DNA of 64,000 bases from Cognatiyoonia sp. (lineage in GTDB: Bacteria > Pseudomonadota > Alphaproteobacteria > Rhodobacterales > Rhodobacteraceae). Shown piece after piece: positions 39,586 to 51,090 of the stretch (position 1 is the first letter of the stretch; every line of letters starts with the position of its first letter). The stretch is from NCBI GenBank assembly GCA_042093895.1, contig JBELEI010000002.1, positions 321,022 through 385,021 of the forward strand, given 5' to 3'. The translations under genes and the position numbers were made by a program. The notes beneath the pieces are model-generated. The model saw only the letters and a program-made list of their open reading frames with translations, made no database searches and was not told the origin of the DNA.

Positions 39586-41631
39586 CTAATTTGAACGGCG
39601 CCGGCGTTTGCGACGGCCATCACCACCATCCCCGCCACCCTGATTGTGGTTTACATTTGGGATGTCGACAAGGCTGTTGAGGATCGGAAAGGGTTCAGCC
39701 GAGTTCGGAATCGCAGATGCATTGACGAAGTGCTCTTGAAACCGCGGTTCGATTGCCGTTTCGATTTTCTCAATGTTTTGAACATTTTGCTCGATTTCTT
39801 TTCGCGCGTCGGTGTTCAACAAAGCGATCCGTGCTCCGGTTCCAGCGGCGTTACCAGCGCTGGTGACCGCTTCGAACGGAGCGTCTGGAATCATGCCCAA
39901 AACCATTGCGTGTTTAGGACTGATATGTGCGCCGAATGCGCCGGCTAGGACAATTCGGTCGACTGCATCTACACCAAACTTGTCCATAAGTAGGCGCGCT
40001 CCTGAATAAAGCGCGGCCTTGGCCATTTGGATTTGGCGGATGTCGACGTTCGTCACGGTGATCTTAGGACCACCGTCTGCAGACGCGTCGTGAATCAAGT
40101 ACGAATTAGTGCGACCTTCTGGGAAACAACGTTCGGTGCCAGTCTGTTCGGCAGATCCGATCAGGCCTGGGCCATCAACGATGCCAGCCAGTCGCATTTC
40201 GGCGACAGCCTCGATTATGCCTGAGCCGCAGATGCCTGTGATGCCGGTTGCTGCTGTTTGGAGGTCAAATCCGTCCTCATCAGACCAGAGATCACACCCG
40301 ATAACGCGAAAGCGCGGATCCTTTGTGATCGGGTCAATTTCGATGCGTTCAATTGCACCAGGTGCGGCGCGCTGGCCCGATGAAATTTGCGCGCCTTCAA
40401 AGGCAGGACCTGTCGGCGAGGAACAGGCCAGGACCTTTTCTTTGTTTCCCAGCAGGATTTCGGCGTTGGTGCCAACGTCTACGATTAAGACAAGTTCTTC
40501 TGATTTTTCGGGGGCTTCTGAGAGTGCAACAGCCGCAGCATCGGCGCCAACATGGCCAGCTATACAAGGCAGGATATAGACGCGGGCGGACGGGTGTAAG
40601 TTTAGATCGAGCTCAATCGCGCGCAGTGCCAATGCTTCGGAGGTCGCAAGGGCAAAGGGTGCTTGGCCAAGTTCAAACGGGTCGATCCCAAGGAAGAGGT
40701 GATGCATGACCGGGTTGCAAACGAATACAGCGTCGACGATCAAATTACGATCGATCTCGGCCTCTGCGGCGATTTGAACGAAAAGGGCGTTCATACCCTC
40801 GCGCACGGCAGCTGTCATTTCATCCGCGCCTGAGGCATTCATCATGCCATAGCTGACGCGGCTCATTAGGTCTTCGCCAAAGCGGATTTGTGGGTTCATG
40901 ATACCGGATGATGCAACGACATCGCCGGTGGCTAAATCGCAAAGGTGGGCAGCGATTGTTGTTGAGCCAAGGTCGATTGCTAGCCCGTAGATTGTGCCCT
41001 CATAATAGCCGGGCCATATTTGCATAATACGGGGGCTGAACGTGTCATCACCCATGTGCACGGCGCATGTGACCTTCCACTCGCCTTTGCGCAATGCGGG
41101 TTGCAATGTCTTTAGCACGCCAAGGTCTGCCTCAAGCTCTGGCAGGTCCCAATCTGTGCGCAGGGCCTTTACGAGCCGTTCTAAGTCGCCTGACGGATCA
41201 TGCATGTCGGGTTCTTCGACCTCGACGTAAAACAGGCGCGTTGACGGGTTCATTACGATGTCGCGGGCTTCGGCGCGCTTGCGCACGACTTGGCGGTGCA
41301 CTTGGCTTTCTGGTGGAACATCGATCACGATGTCGCCTTGAACAGTTGCCTGACAGCCCAAGCGGCGGCCTTTGGTCAGACCACGGATGTCATCATAACG
41401 TTGTTCGACGCTGTTCCATTCCGACAAAGCATCTTCAGCGACTGTCACTCCGTGCTTGGGGAATTCACCGAATGATGGGGTGATTTGGCACTTTGAGCAG
41501 ATTCCACGACCACCGCAGACGCTGTCTAGGTCGACGCCCAATTGGCGCGCAGCTGTTAGGATTGGTGTGCCAACGGGAAAGTTTCCGCGCTTGCCCGATG
41601 GAGTGAAAATGACCAGTGGTTCTTTGCTCAT
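39586..41631 (-). CDS. ASKHA-fold corrinoid reductive activase-like protein (RamA/RACo-like, DUF4445) with N-terminal 2Fe-2S ferredoxin domain
   Basis: 681 aa with a plant-type ferredoxin motif (CGGRGICSKCQ...C) and an ASKHA/DUF4445-like body (GLAIDLGSTTI..., VDVGTNAEI...). C-terminal tail GGGDGGDGRRKRRRRSN. Confidence 0.82.
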   Translation of the reverse strand: MSKEPLVIFTPSGKRGNFPVGTPILTAARQLGVDLDSVCGGRGICSKCQITPSFGEFPKHGVTVAEDALSEWNSVEQRYDDIRGLTKGRRLGCQATVQGDIVIDVPPESQVHRQVVRKRAEARDIVMNPSTRLFYVEVEEPDMHDPSGDLERLVKALRTDWDLPELEADLGVLKTLQPALRKGEWKVTCAVHMGDDTFSPRIMQIWPGYYEGTIYGLAIDLGSTTIAAHLCDLATGDVVASSGIMNPQIRFGEDLMSRVSYGMMNASGADEMTAAVREGMNALFVQIAAEAEIDRNLIVDAVFVCNPVMHHLFLGIDPFELGQAPFALATSEALALRAIELDLNLHPSARVYILPCIAGHVGADAAAVALSEAPEKSEELVLIVDVGTNAEILLGNKEKVLACSSPTGPAFEGAQISSGQRAAPGAIERIEIDPITKDPRFRVIGCDLWSDEDGFDLQTAATGITGICGSGIIEAVAEMRLAGIVDGPGLIGSAEQTGTERCFPEGRTNSYLIHDASADGGPKITVTNVDIRQIQMAKAALYSGARLLMDKFGVDAVDRIVLAGAFGAHISPKHAMVLGMIPDAPFEAVTSAGNAAGTGARIALLNTDARKEIEQNVQNIEKIETAIEPRFQEHFVNASAIPNSAEPFPILNSLVDIPNVNHNQGGGDGGDGRRKRRRRSN

Positions 41632-41723
41632 GAGATGTGCCCAAACTATTCTGCGACCAAGCTACTGTTTTAAACGAAATTAAAAAGGCCAGATCGCGTC
41701 ATAATGATCATGCAGAGCGGCAC

Positions 41724-42422
41724 TTATCGCAAAATTTCTGTCCCAAGGATCCAGACGGCAAGCGGGACGGGAAGAACTGCAACCACAAGCATCAGGATCA
41801 CCCATTTCGTTTGGAACAAGCGGCTAAATCCAGCAATCATCATGATGCCGCCGCCACCGCCTATGGCAATGCTGCCAGGTAGGTTAATTAGCAGACCAAG
41901 CGTGACATATCGATAGTCCACAGCGATCTTGGCGATCCACGTTGGAAGCCGTCGGGTCAGGTTGGCAAGTCGTTCTTGTCGCGAGCTTGATTGGATCTGA
42001 TCCAGCCACTGGCATGCGCGCATAATCCGCATGTCGCGGAATAGAGCATGCAGCCACGACAGCGGTACATATTGCCCGATCGCAAAAGCAAAAAACATTC
42101 CTGAGAGTGTGGCCAGATACACGAATGGAGCGACTGATGCGCCTTGTATCAGAAGAAGCGCAATTCCGATTTCGACGCCTGGCATAAACGGAATGGCGAT
42201 CAGTACGGCATATCCCATAAGAAGAAAAACCAGCAACCCAACCATTGCACCAGCTTGGGCATCGTCTTCTAGTTTCATGATCTGCGTTGTGACCCATTCA
42301 AATCCAAGAAAAGCACCGTATGCAAACGCTCCGATTGCGGAAAAGCGCAACGCAAGACGCGGCAGGCTTTTTGCGATGGGGGTAGGTTCAATTTTTCCAG
42401 GGTCTTTGTCGGACATTTGCAA
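41724..42422 (-). CDS. hypothetical integral membrane protein
   Basis: 232 aa with several hydrophobic helices. No family recognised. Confidence 0.55.
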   Translation of the reverse strand: MQMSDKDPGKIEPTPIAKSLPRLALRFSAIGAFAYGAFLGFEWVTTQIMKLEDDAQAGAMVGLLVFLLMGYAVLIAIPFMPGVEIGIALLLIQGASVAPFVYLATLSGMFFAFAIGQYVPLSWLHALFRDMRIMRACQWLDQIQSSSRQERLANLTRRLPTWIAKIAVDYRYVTLGLLINLPGSIAIGGGGGIMMIAGFSRLFQTKWVILMLVVAVLPVPLAVWILGTEILR

Positions 42423-42494
42423 ACCTTGCGCCGGTGGGGTGCGACAGACAAGTCGAAACTCGGATTTGGGGTTTAGGTTCTGTTCAATTCGTGA

Positions 42495-43985
<1,491 letters not shown>

Positions 43986-43991
43986 AATGAT

Positions 43992-45158
43992 ATGACACCT
44001 GGCGCACGCTACGCGGCAGCGATCGATATCTTGGATGAGATTCAGGGTGGCGTTGCGGCTGAAAAGGCTTTGACGACTTGGGGGCGCCAAAACCGTTATG
44101 CGGGATCTAAGGATCGGGCGGCTGTTCGCGATCATGTCTATGATGTGCTGCGGTGTAAGCTGAGTTGTGCGGCCCTGGGCGGTGGGACAACTGGGCGCGC
44201 CCTGGTGTTGGGCCTATTGCGGCAGAGCGATGTTGACCCAGCTAACGTGTTTAATGGCGCAGGTTATGGGCCCGAAGAATTAAGCGCTGAAGAAGCTACT
44301 TTTGAGGCAGCACCATTAACCGAGGTCGAAACGCTTGATCTGCCAGATTGGATATTACCGAAGTGGCGCGCGGCTCTGGGCAAGAATGCAGAAGCAGCGG
44401 CGCAGTTTCAGCGTTCTAGGGCGCCGGTGACGCTGCGCGTAAATCGACGTAAATCAGATCGTAACCATGCACAGCAGCAGCTTGCGCTTGAAGATATTCA
44501 AACTCGCGCGCACCCATCAGCGTGCGACGCGCTCATTGTGACCAAGAACCCGCGTCGAATTTCAGGGTCAAAACCGTATCAGGATGGCTTGGTCGAACTT
44601 CAGGACGCATCGTCACAGATGGCCGTCGCGCAATGGCCGTTGGCGGCAGGTCAACGTGTGCTGGATTATTGTGCAGGCGGAGGCGGTAAGGCGCTCGCCA
44701 TGGCTGCAAATGCAGATGTTTCGGTGTTCGCTCACGATATCTCGCCCGCGCGTATGCGCGACTTGCCAGCGCGCGCGGCCCGTGCCGGGGTTCAAATATC
44801 CTTGGTGGATGCAGATGCGTTGAAAAAGGAGCGGCCGTTCGATCTTGTTTTGGTTGATGCGCCTTGCAGCGGTTCGGGCACATGGCGTCGAACCCCAGAC
44901 GCCAAATGGAAGCTGACGCAAGAAGGCCTTGAGGCCTATCATGATAGCCAGACGAGCGCCCTAACTGGGGCAGCTTTACTTGTCGCGACTGGCGGAACGC
45001 TCATCTATGCAACCTGTTCGGTCTTTCGGGACGAGAATGAAGCGATCGTGGATATGTTTGCTTCTGCGCATGATGATTTCTCTGTGGAAGTACAGTCCTT
45101 GAACGTTCCCGTCGAAGACGCGGATGGTTTCTACTATTGCGTGTTGAAAAAACACTAA
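43992..45158 (+). CDS. RsmB/NOP family class I SAM-dependent RNA methyltransferase
   Basis: 388 aa, VLDYCAGGGGKA...VDAPCSGSGTWRR...YATCS motifs. Confidence 0.85.
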   Translation: MTPGARYAAAIDILDEIQGGVAAEKALTTWGRQNRYAGSKDRAAVRDHVYDVLRCKLSCAALGGGTTGRALVLGLLRQSDVDPANVFNGAGYGPEELSAEEATFEAAPLTEVETLDLPDWILPKWRAALGKNAEAAAQFQRSRAPVTLRVNRRKSDRNHAQQQLALEDIQTRAHPSACDALIVTKNPRRISGSKPYQDGLVELQDASSQMAVAQWPLAAGQRVLDYCAGGGGKALAMAANADVSVFAHDISPARMRDLPARAARAGVQISLVDADALKKERPFDLVLVDAPCSGSGTWRRTPDAKWKLTQEGLEAYHDSQTSALTGAALLVATGGTLIYATCSVFRDENEAIVDMFASAHDDFSVEVQSLNVPVEDADGFYYCVLKKH

Positions 45159-45187
45159 TACACGTTAAGGTTAATTGAGTGGAAGGC

Positions 45188-45203
45188 GTTAACCATTGGT
45201 TAA
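45188..45203 (-). promoter_or_regulatory. candidate CtrA box upstream of the cckA-like gene
   Basis: The minus strand reads TTAACCAATGGTTAAC, an exact match to TTAA-N7-TTAAC, about 60-75 bp upstream of the ATG at 45262. Confidence 0.45.
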
Positions 45204-45261
45204 GGCCCTCTAAGATACTCAGTCTTTGTGCGTGAAATTGGGGTTATCTGACGTGAGTTCA

Positions 45262-47601
45262 ATGAAAGGCGAAAGCGCGTATATTGACGGCGGCCCAAGT
45301 AATGGTGCGGCTGCTTGGTTAATGTTTCTTGTCGCGTTTGTTTCGCTCTTGATGGCCCTGATCGTTGAGGATGGGTTGTTTCGAACGGGCGCGACGATCG
45401 TTGCGATAACGCTATTTTGCTTTTTTACTCTGACCATGCTCAATGATTTTAGACGTGAGCGCGCCTTAATCCTAATATCCGATACTCAAAGCGCGCTTGA
45501 TGATGCAGTGAAAACGGTCGTGACACATGAACCTGACGCAGCATTTTTGACCGATGTTGATGGTGAGATTCTTTTTGCTAACGCTGCCTCCATCGAACGG
45601 TTTGGCAAAGTCAGTGACAAGCATCTGTCTAGCGCTTTCGGAAAGTTACTCGCCAGCCCAGAGCGCGTTCTGTTTCAATTGCAAAGCCGTGCGACCACCC
45701 TTGGTGCTGCGCGCGAAGATATACGCACGCGAGACGGTGTTTTCCGACTTTCAGTAGTTCAAATCGGCGACGGATCGTTGTTGTGGCGCATGGATCAGGC
45801 CGCCGTCGGAGAAAAAGAAAAGTCGCGGGCTGCCGACGCATTAACATTGCCGATGCTAACTGTCGGGCCCAGTAATGCGATCTTGTATCTCAACGAATCG
45901 TGCCGACGATTGCTGGGGTCGCGACCGAAATCGATTGCCGACATCTTCGGTGAAGACGCGTTGAAATCGGGAACAATTTCTTCGATTCAAAGCGTCGATG
46001 GACCTGTTGAGATCTTAACAGCAGTTGTTGATGGGAGTGCTGGGCGAAGAGAGATCTATTTTCTTCCTGCGCCCGATCAAATCACTCGTACCGTTGGACC
46101 GCGTTCGATTAATGGTGCTTGGGAGGCGATCGAAGACCTTCCGGTTCCCTTGCTAAAAGTGACACCAGAAGGGATAATCGCCGCGTCAAATCGTGAAGCG
46201 CGTCACTTGTTTGACATTCAGACGACCGAAAATCGTAGATTTGCAGAACTGTTGGATGGATTAGGTCGACCTATTGACGATTGGATTCGAGAGGCTGCAA
46301 TGGGTCGTGGGGGACATGCTTCTCAATTTTTGCGCGGGCGAGGCCCGAAATACGAGACGTTTGTCCAGGTCACGTTAAACATATCGGATAGCTATGATGG
46401 TCGACACCTTATTGCAGTCCTTAATGATGTGACAGAATTCAAGACGTTAGAGGCGCAATTCGTTCAAAGCCAAAAAATGCAGGCGGTTGGGCAACTTGCA
46501 GGTGGTGTGGCGCATGATTTTAACAACTTGCTGACTGCGATCTCGGGGCATTGTGATCTATTGCTTGTCCGTCATGATCAAGGTGATCCAGACTATAGTG
46601 ATCTGATCCAAATCCACCAGAATGCAAATCGTGCAGCGGGATTGGTCAAGCAACTGCTTGCGTTTTCTCGCAAACAAAACCTACAGCCCGAGCGCGTAGA
46701 CTTGCGCGACACTTTGGCCGACTTGACGCATCTTTTGAACCGGTTGGTCGGTGAAAAGATCTCGCTTCGGTTTGAACACGATGACGATTTGTCCGCTATC
46801 AAAGCGGATAAGCGTCAACTCGAGCAAGTCGTTATGAATTTGGTAGTAAATGCACGAGATGCGATGCCAGATGGCGGGCATATTCGGGTCCAGACCTCTA
46901 ACCTAACCCTCGAGGTCGATGAGGTCCGCCACCGCGCGACCGTCCCTGCGGGGAAATACGTCGAGTTGCGAGTTGAGGATGAAGGTACGGGTATTCCATC
47001 GGAATTATTGCCAAAAATATTTGAACCTTTTGTTACTTCAAAACGGCAGGGCGAGGGAACCGGTCTCGGTTTGTCGACTGTCTATGGTATCGTCAAGCAA
47101 ACCGGCGGTTTTGTTTTTGCTGAAAGCGCGGAGAACAAAGGAACGCAATTTTGCATTCTATTGCCTGCACAAGATCTACCAATCGCATCTAAGAAACCGA
47201 TCATCGTCGATCATGAAGAGTTCCGTCCGACGCGCGGTGATGGAGTTGTGCTTTTAGTTGAAGATGAGGCACCTGTGCGTTCCTTTGCGTCGCGCGCACT
47301 GCAGCTGCGTGGGTATACTGTCTTAGAAGCCGATTGCGCTGAGATGGCTCTGACTCTTTTGGATGATCCAGATCTTGAGGTTGATCTCTTTGTTACAGAC
47401 GTCATTATGCCGGGGAAAGACGGTCCGACTTGGGTCAAAGAAGCGCTGGAAAAGCGTCCGAATACAAAAGTCGTTTTTGTTTCTGGGTATGCCGAAGATG
47501 CGTTCGAAAATGACGGGAAAAATGTTCCGAATTCGGTGTTCTTGCCAAAGCCGTTTTCACTCAACCAGCTAACCAGCACTGTTCAGCAGCAACTTCACTA
47601 A
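45262..47601 (+). CDS. cckA: hybrid sensor histidine kinase/response regulator, CckA-like
   Basis: N-terminal TM segments, PAS-like regions, H-box (GQLAGGVAHDFNNLLTAISGHCDLLL), HATPase and a C-terminal receiver. The sequence around the H-box resembles Caulobacter CckA as I recall it. The start is TTG 45226 or ATG 45262. Confidence 0.72.
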   Translation: MKGESAYIDGGPSNGAAAWLMFLVAFVSLLMALIVEDGLFRTGATIVAITLFCFFTLTMLNDFRRERALILISDTQSALDDAVKTVVTHEPDAAFLTDVDGEILFANAASIERFGKVSDKHLSSAFGKLLASPERVLFQLQSRATTLGAAREDIRTRDGVFRLSVVQIGDGSLLWRMDQAAVGEKEKSRAADALTLPMLTVGPSNAILYLNESCRRLLGSRPKSIADIFGEDALKSGTISSIQSVDGPVEILTAVVDGSAGRREIYFLPAPDQITRTVGPRSINGAWEAIEDLPVPLLKVTPEGIIAASNREARHLFDIQTTENRRFAELLDGLGRPIDDWIREAAMGRGGHASQFLRGRGPKYETFVQVTLNISDSYDGRHLIAVLNDVTEFKTLEAQFVQSQKMQAVGQLAGGVAHDFNNLLTAISGHCDLLLVRHDQGDPDYSDLIQIHQNANRAAGLVKQLLAFSRKQNLQPERVDLRDTLADLTHLLNRLVGEKISLRFEHDDDLSAIKADKRQLEQVVMNLVVNARDAMPDGGHIRVQTSNLTLEVDEVRHRATVPAGKYVELRVEDEGTGIPSELLPKIFEPFVTSKRQGEGTGLGLSTVYGIVKQTGGFVFAESAENKGTQFCILLPAQDLPIASKKPIIVDHEEFRPTRGDGVVLLVEDEAPVRSFASRALQLRGYTVLEADCAEMALTLLDDPDLEVDLFVTDVIMPGKDGPTWVKEALEKRPNTKVVFVSGYAEDAFENDGKNVPNSVFLPKPFSLNQLTSTVQQQLH

Positions 47602-47602
47602 T

Positions 47603-48571
47603 TTAGTCGACATGCCTGTTTAGGTGTGCCGCACATCCGGTTAGCGCCGCATAGTCATCATTAATTGCTTTGACCGGGAATTGAGACAAAAATTCGTTAA
47701 ATCGGCCTTTGGCGCGGAACGCTTCTTCGAACCCGAATTGCACTAAGTACGGAATTACTGCGCGCGATACGCCGCCAACAAAATAGATCCCGTCAAAAGG
47801 TAAATGAAGCAGCGCCATATCACCACAATATGCGCCGAGTATTCGGACATATTGTTGCACCGACTCGACGGCAAGCGTGTCATTCTGGGCTTTCATGCGG
47901 GCCATAATCTCGGCCGCTTTGATTGGTGTCGCTCCACTAATTTTCTCACAACGAAACGCATAAATGTGCTCGAGGCCACGCCCTGACAATGCGTCTTCTG
48001 CCGCTGCGAAGCCGTGATCGCGTGTTAGCATTTTCGCGAGTTCAGCATCGTCCGGATGACTAATGGGCAATGAAATATGACCGGCTTCCGCAGGGGGAAC
48101 GTATCGCTGATTGCCCACGTTAAATACCGGCGCTACGTTTACGCCTGTCCCCAATCCAACGACCAATGCCGTTGAATTCTCAGCATGATCGTTACCTGCC
48201 AAAATTGTATTTAGGTTTGAGTCTGAAACATGCCCAATTGCGTGCCCCTGAGCTTGGAGATCGTTCAGGATGGCTGTGCGTGTTGCCCCGGTCGCCGTTT
48301 CCAGTGTTTTGTGATCAATAGCCCAGTCCAGATTGGTCATTTCGGCTCTGCCATCGCGGACAGGGCCGGCAATGGCGACGCAAGCAGCGTCGATTTGCGC
48401 ATCGTGTTGGGCACAATAGTCCGTGAGGACCGGTGTGAGGCCGTCGTTCTCTGCGTTTGAATATCTTTTGATAGTGGCACGCATAACCTCGCGACCCTGC
48501 GCAAGCGCTACACGCGTGTTGGTTCCGCCAATGTCGGCAACTAAGTAATAACTCTTATTTGGCGTAGCCAT
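47603..48571 (-). CDS. glk: glucokinase
   Basis: 322 aa, YLVADIGGTNTRVALA N-terminal ATP-binding motif. Confidence 0.9.
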   Translation of the reverse strand: MATPNKSYYLVADIGGTNTRVALAQGREVMRATIKRYSNAENDGLTPVLTDYCAQHDAQIDAACVAIAGPVRDGRAEMTNLDWAIDHKTLETATGATRTAILNDLQAQGHAIGHVSDSNLNTILAGNDHAENSTALVVGLGTGVNVAPVFNVGNQRYVPPAEAGHISLPISHPDDAELAKMLTRDHGFAAAEDALSGRGLEHIYAFRCEKISGATPIKAAEIMARMKAQNDTLAVESVQQYVRILGAYCGDMALLHLPFDGIYFVGGVSRAVIPYLVQFGFEEAFRAKGRFNEFLSQFPVKAINDDYAALTGCAAHLNRHVD

Positions 48572-48581
48572 TCTTTTTGTC

Positions 48582-49907
48582 CTAAGCGTCCAACGCTAAT
48601 TTGAGAAAGTGATACGATTGTTTTGGGGTCCGTTCCAAGGTCTCAAAGTCGACATGTACCAAACCAAATCGTTTTTCGTACCCAAATGCCCATTCATAAT
48701 TGTCCAAAAAGGACCAATAGAAGAAACCTTGAACATTTGCACCTGTTTCAATGGCAGATTTGGTAGCCAATAAGTGCGACTCAAAGAAACTTTGGCGCTC
48801 TGGATCAGCGACAGCACCATTTGAAACAGAATCGTTCCACGCCATTCCGTTCTCTGTGATGTAGATCGGCATGTCGTGGACATATGTTTCAGAAAGCCAA
48901 TTCAGGAAATATGTCAAACCCTCTGGGAATACTTCCCAGCCCATCTGTGTTTTTTCACCGGGACCTTCGACGCCTTGCATGTGTGGCCATGGTGCTGATG
49001 TATCTTCAGAGATCATATGACGGGTGTAGTAGTTGACGCCGAGCCAATCGATGTCTTGCGAAATCTCTGCCATGTCGTCCTGCCAGTTAGCTGGCATATG
49101 CGGCTCGAACCCATCAAGCGCTTCCTTGGGGTAGGCGCCTGTTTGGATTGCTTCGATGAACCAACGATTGAAAATTGCGTCCTGCCGTTTTGTAGCAGTT
49201 TCGGATTGCGGGGTATCGTCGGCTGGTTGGGCATAATCAAAATTCAAAACGATGCCACAGTTTTCTTGTCCCAGCCCACGCAAACGCGTCGTTGCACGAC
49301 CGTGTGCTTTCATCACATTGTGCATCGCGCGCGAAGTGGCGCGAATGTCGCGCAGGCCTGGTGCATGATGGCCGATGTAATGCGAGAGGAATGCGACACA
49401 CCAAGGTTCATTCAGGGTGGCGACAGCCGACACACGATCACCAATCCGTTTCGTAATAACCTCAGTAAAGTCTGCGAACCAATCAGCGACATCTGGATTG
49501 GTCCAACCTCCGAGATCGGCGAGGGCAGAGGGCATTTCCCAATGGTAGAGCGTCTGAAACGGCTTCATTCCACGATCCAGGATTCCATCCACGAGCCTGT
49601 CATAAAAGTCGAGACCTGCCTGGTTTATTTGCCCGCGGCCTTCTGGCATGACGCGCGCCCAAGACGTTGAAAACCGATAAGCATCAAGCCCAGCGTCTTG
49701 CATCAGATCGAGATCTTGCTCGTATCGATTATAGTGGTCACAGGCGCGCGCACCATCTTCTGCGCGGATCACATTGTTCGCAGTTGCAGCAAATGTATCC
49801 CAATGCGTCGAACCTGCGCCGCCAAATTGATGCCCTTCGATTTGATAGGCTGCGGTGGCCGCGCCAAAAACGAACCCATTCGGGAAGTCGCTTCGTTTGA
49901 TCTGCAT
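48582..49907 (-). CDS. GH1 beta-glucosidase
   Basis: FVFGAATAAYQIEG, TLNEP and YITENG catalytic motifs. The ATG at 49907 is preferred. Confidence 0.9.
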   Translation of the reverse strand: MQIKRSDFPNGFVFGAATAAYQIEGHQFGGAGSTHWDTFAATANNVIRAEDGARACDHYNRYEQDLDLMQDAGLDAYRFSTSWARVMPEGRGQINQAGLDFYDRLVDGILDRGMKPFQTLYHWEMPSALADLGGWTNPDVADWFADFTEVITKRIGDRVSAVATLNEPWCVAFLSHYIGHHAPGLRDIRATSRAMHNVMKAHGRATTRLRGLGQENCGIVLNFDYAQPADDTPQSETATKRQDAIFNRWFIEAIQTGAYPKEALDGFEPHMPANWQDDMAEISQDIDWLGVNYYTRHMISEDTSAPWPHMQGVEGPGEKTQMGWEVFPEGLTYFLNWLSETYVHDMPIYITENGMAWNDSVSNGAVADPERQSFFESHLLATKSAIETGANVQGFFYWSFLDNYEWAFGYEKRFGLVHVDFETLERTPKQSYHFLKLALDA

Positions 49908-49920
49908 GGAAAAAGCCTTT

Positions 49921-50949
49921 CTAGGTGGGCACTGGTCCTGTGGATTGACCAACAGTGAGTTGCGCCTCGAGCAGTCTGTTACTTTCTGCCGCGCCTGGGT
50001 TCTCGATTTTGTTCAAGAGCATCTCGCCGACTTGTCGACCAGCGTCACGTACGGAAGAGCGTGTCGCAGTGAAGATTGGAACATCGCCGCCGTTTTGAAG
50101 GTAAGACAGCGCATCGTCATGGGTGACAACTGACATATCGCGACCCATCACAAGTCCGCGTTCTTCGATGGCGCGTCGAACACCAAGCGCGATTAGCATC
50201 GACGAAGCGATCACAGCTGTGGGTCGTTGTGATCGGTCCAGCAGTTTCAATGTTGTGCTATAACCGAAGTGCTCTGTCATCTCTTCAGAGTACATTATGT
50301 CGGCGTCAATCTCTGCGCCGCGCTCTTTCATGCTTGTCTCAAAGCCTTTGCGACGGCGATAGGCAAAGTCCATTCCCTCAAGACCATTCAGCATCGCGAT
50401 CCGTCGGTGACCTAAGTCGAGTAAGAAATTGGTCGCGCGTTCGAATGCGTGTGTGTTGTTAACGTCAAGCCATGTGTAGGGAGCTGTGATCCCACTCGCA
50501 CGGCCGTGAACAATAAAGGGCAGTCCCAGATCGTGGAGAAGGGGGATGCGCGGGTCTTCCATCAAAGGGCCGTGCACAACGACACCGTCGACCGCGCGTC
50601 TTGCTTCAAGCGAGCGATATACACTGGCTTCGTCGGAGTTTTCGTCGACCATCGACAAGATCATTTCGTATCCACGGCGCGCATAAACTTCGCCAGCGCC
50701 CGCGATAAAGTCGCCAAAGATTGGATTGACCATTTCGTGCTTAGATTTTGTTGAAATCACATGACCAATGGCAAGTGCTTTGCCTGTGGCCAACCCCTTG
50801 GCTTGTGAGCTAGGCGAATAATTAAAGCGCCTTGCAGCATCTTGGACTCGTAAACGTGTTGCTTCACTTACCTCAGGATAGCCGTTCAGGGCCCGACTGA
50901 CAGTCGTTTGGCTGAGGCTGAGTTGATCTGAAAGCTGTTTGAGGTTCAT
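49921..50949 (-). CDS. LacI family transcriptional regulator (AglR-like)
   Basis: 342 aa with an N-terminal LacI HTH (LSLSQTTVSRALNG) and a periplasmic-binding-like effector domain. Divergent from the agl transporter operon. Confidence 0.9.
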   Translation of the reverse strand: MNLKQLSDQLSLSQTTVSRALNGYPEVSEATRLRVQDAARRFNYSPSSQAKGLATGKALAIGHVISTKSKHEMVNPIFGDFIAGAGEVYARRGYEMILSMVDENSDEASVYRSLEARRAVDGVVVHGPLMEDPRIPLLHDLGLPFIVHGRASGITAPYTWLDVNNTHAFERATNFLLDLGHRRIAMLNGLEGMDFAYRRRKGFETSMKERGAEIDADIMYSEEMTEHFGYSTTLKLLDRSQRPTAVIASSMLIALGVRRAIEERGLVMGRDMSVVTHDDALSYLQNGGDVPIFTATRSSVRDAGRQVGEMLLNKIENPGAAESNRLLEAQLTVGQSTGPVPT

Positions 50950-50952
50950 GAA

Positions 50953-50968
50953 TTTAAAGCGCTTTTGG
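50953..50968. promoter_or_regulatory. secondary LacI-type operator next to the regulator start codon
   Basis: TTTAAAGCGCTTTTGG shares the 10-bp core AAAGCGCTTT with the main operator and lies 4 nt upstream of the regulator ATG. Confidence 0.5.
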
Positions 50969-51090
50969 CGAATGTTTTCTAACTATTGAAGATTAATACC
51001 CGCTCAGAAAGCATAATTACAGGGCTAATTTGCGGGATTTTCGAAAAATACGTTTCTTGACAACGCGGAGTCTTTCAAACATGTTAGCAA

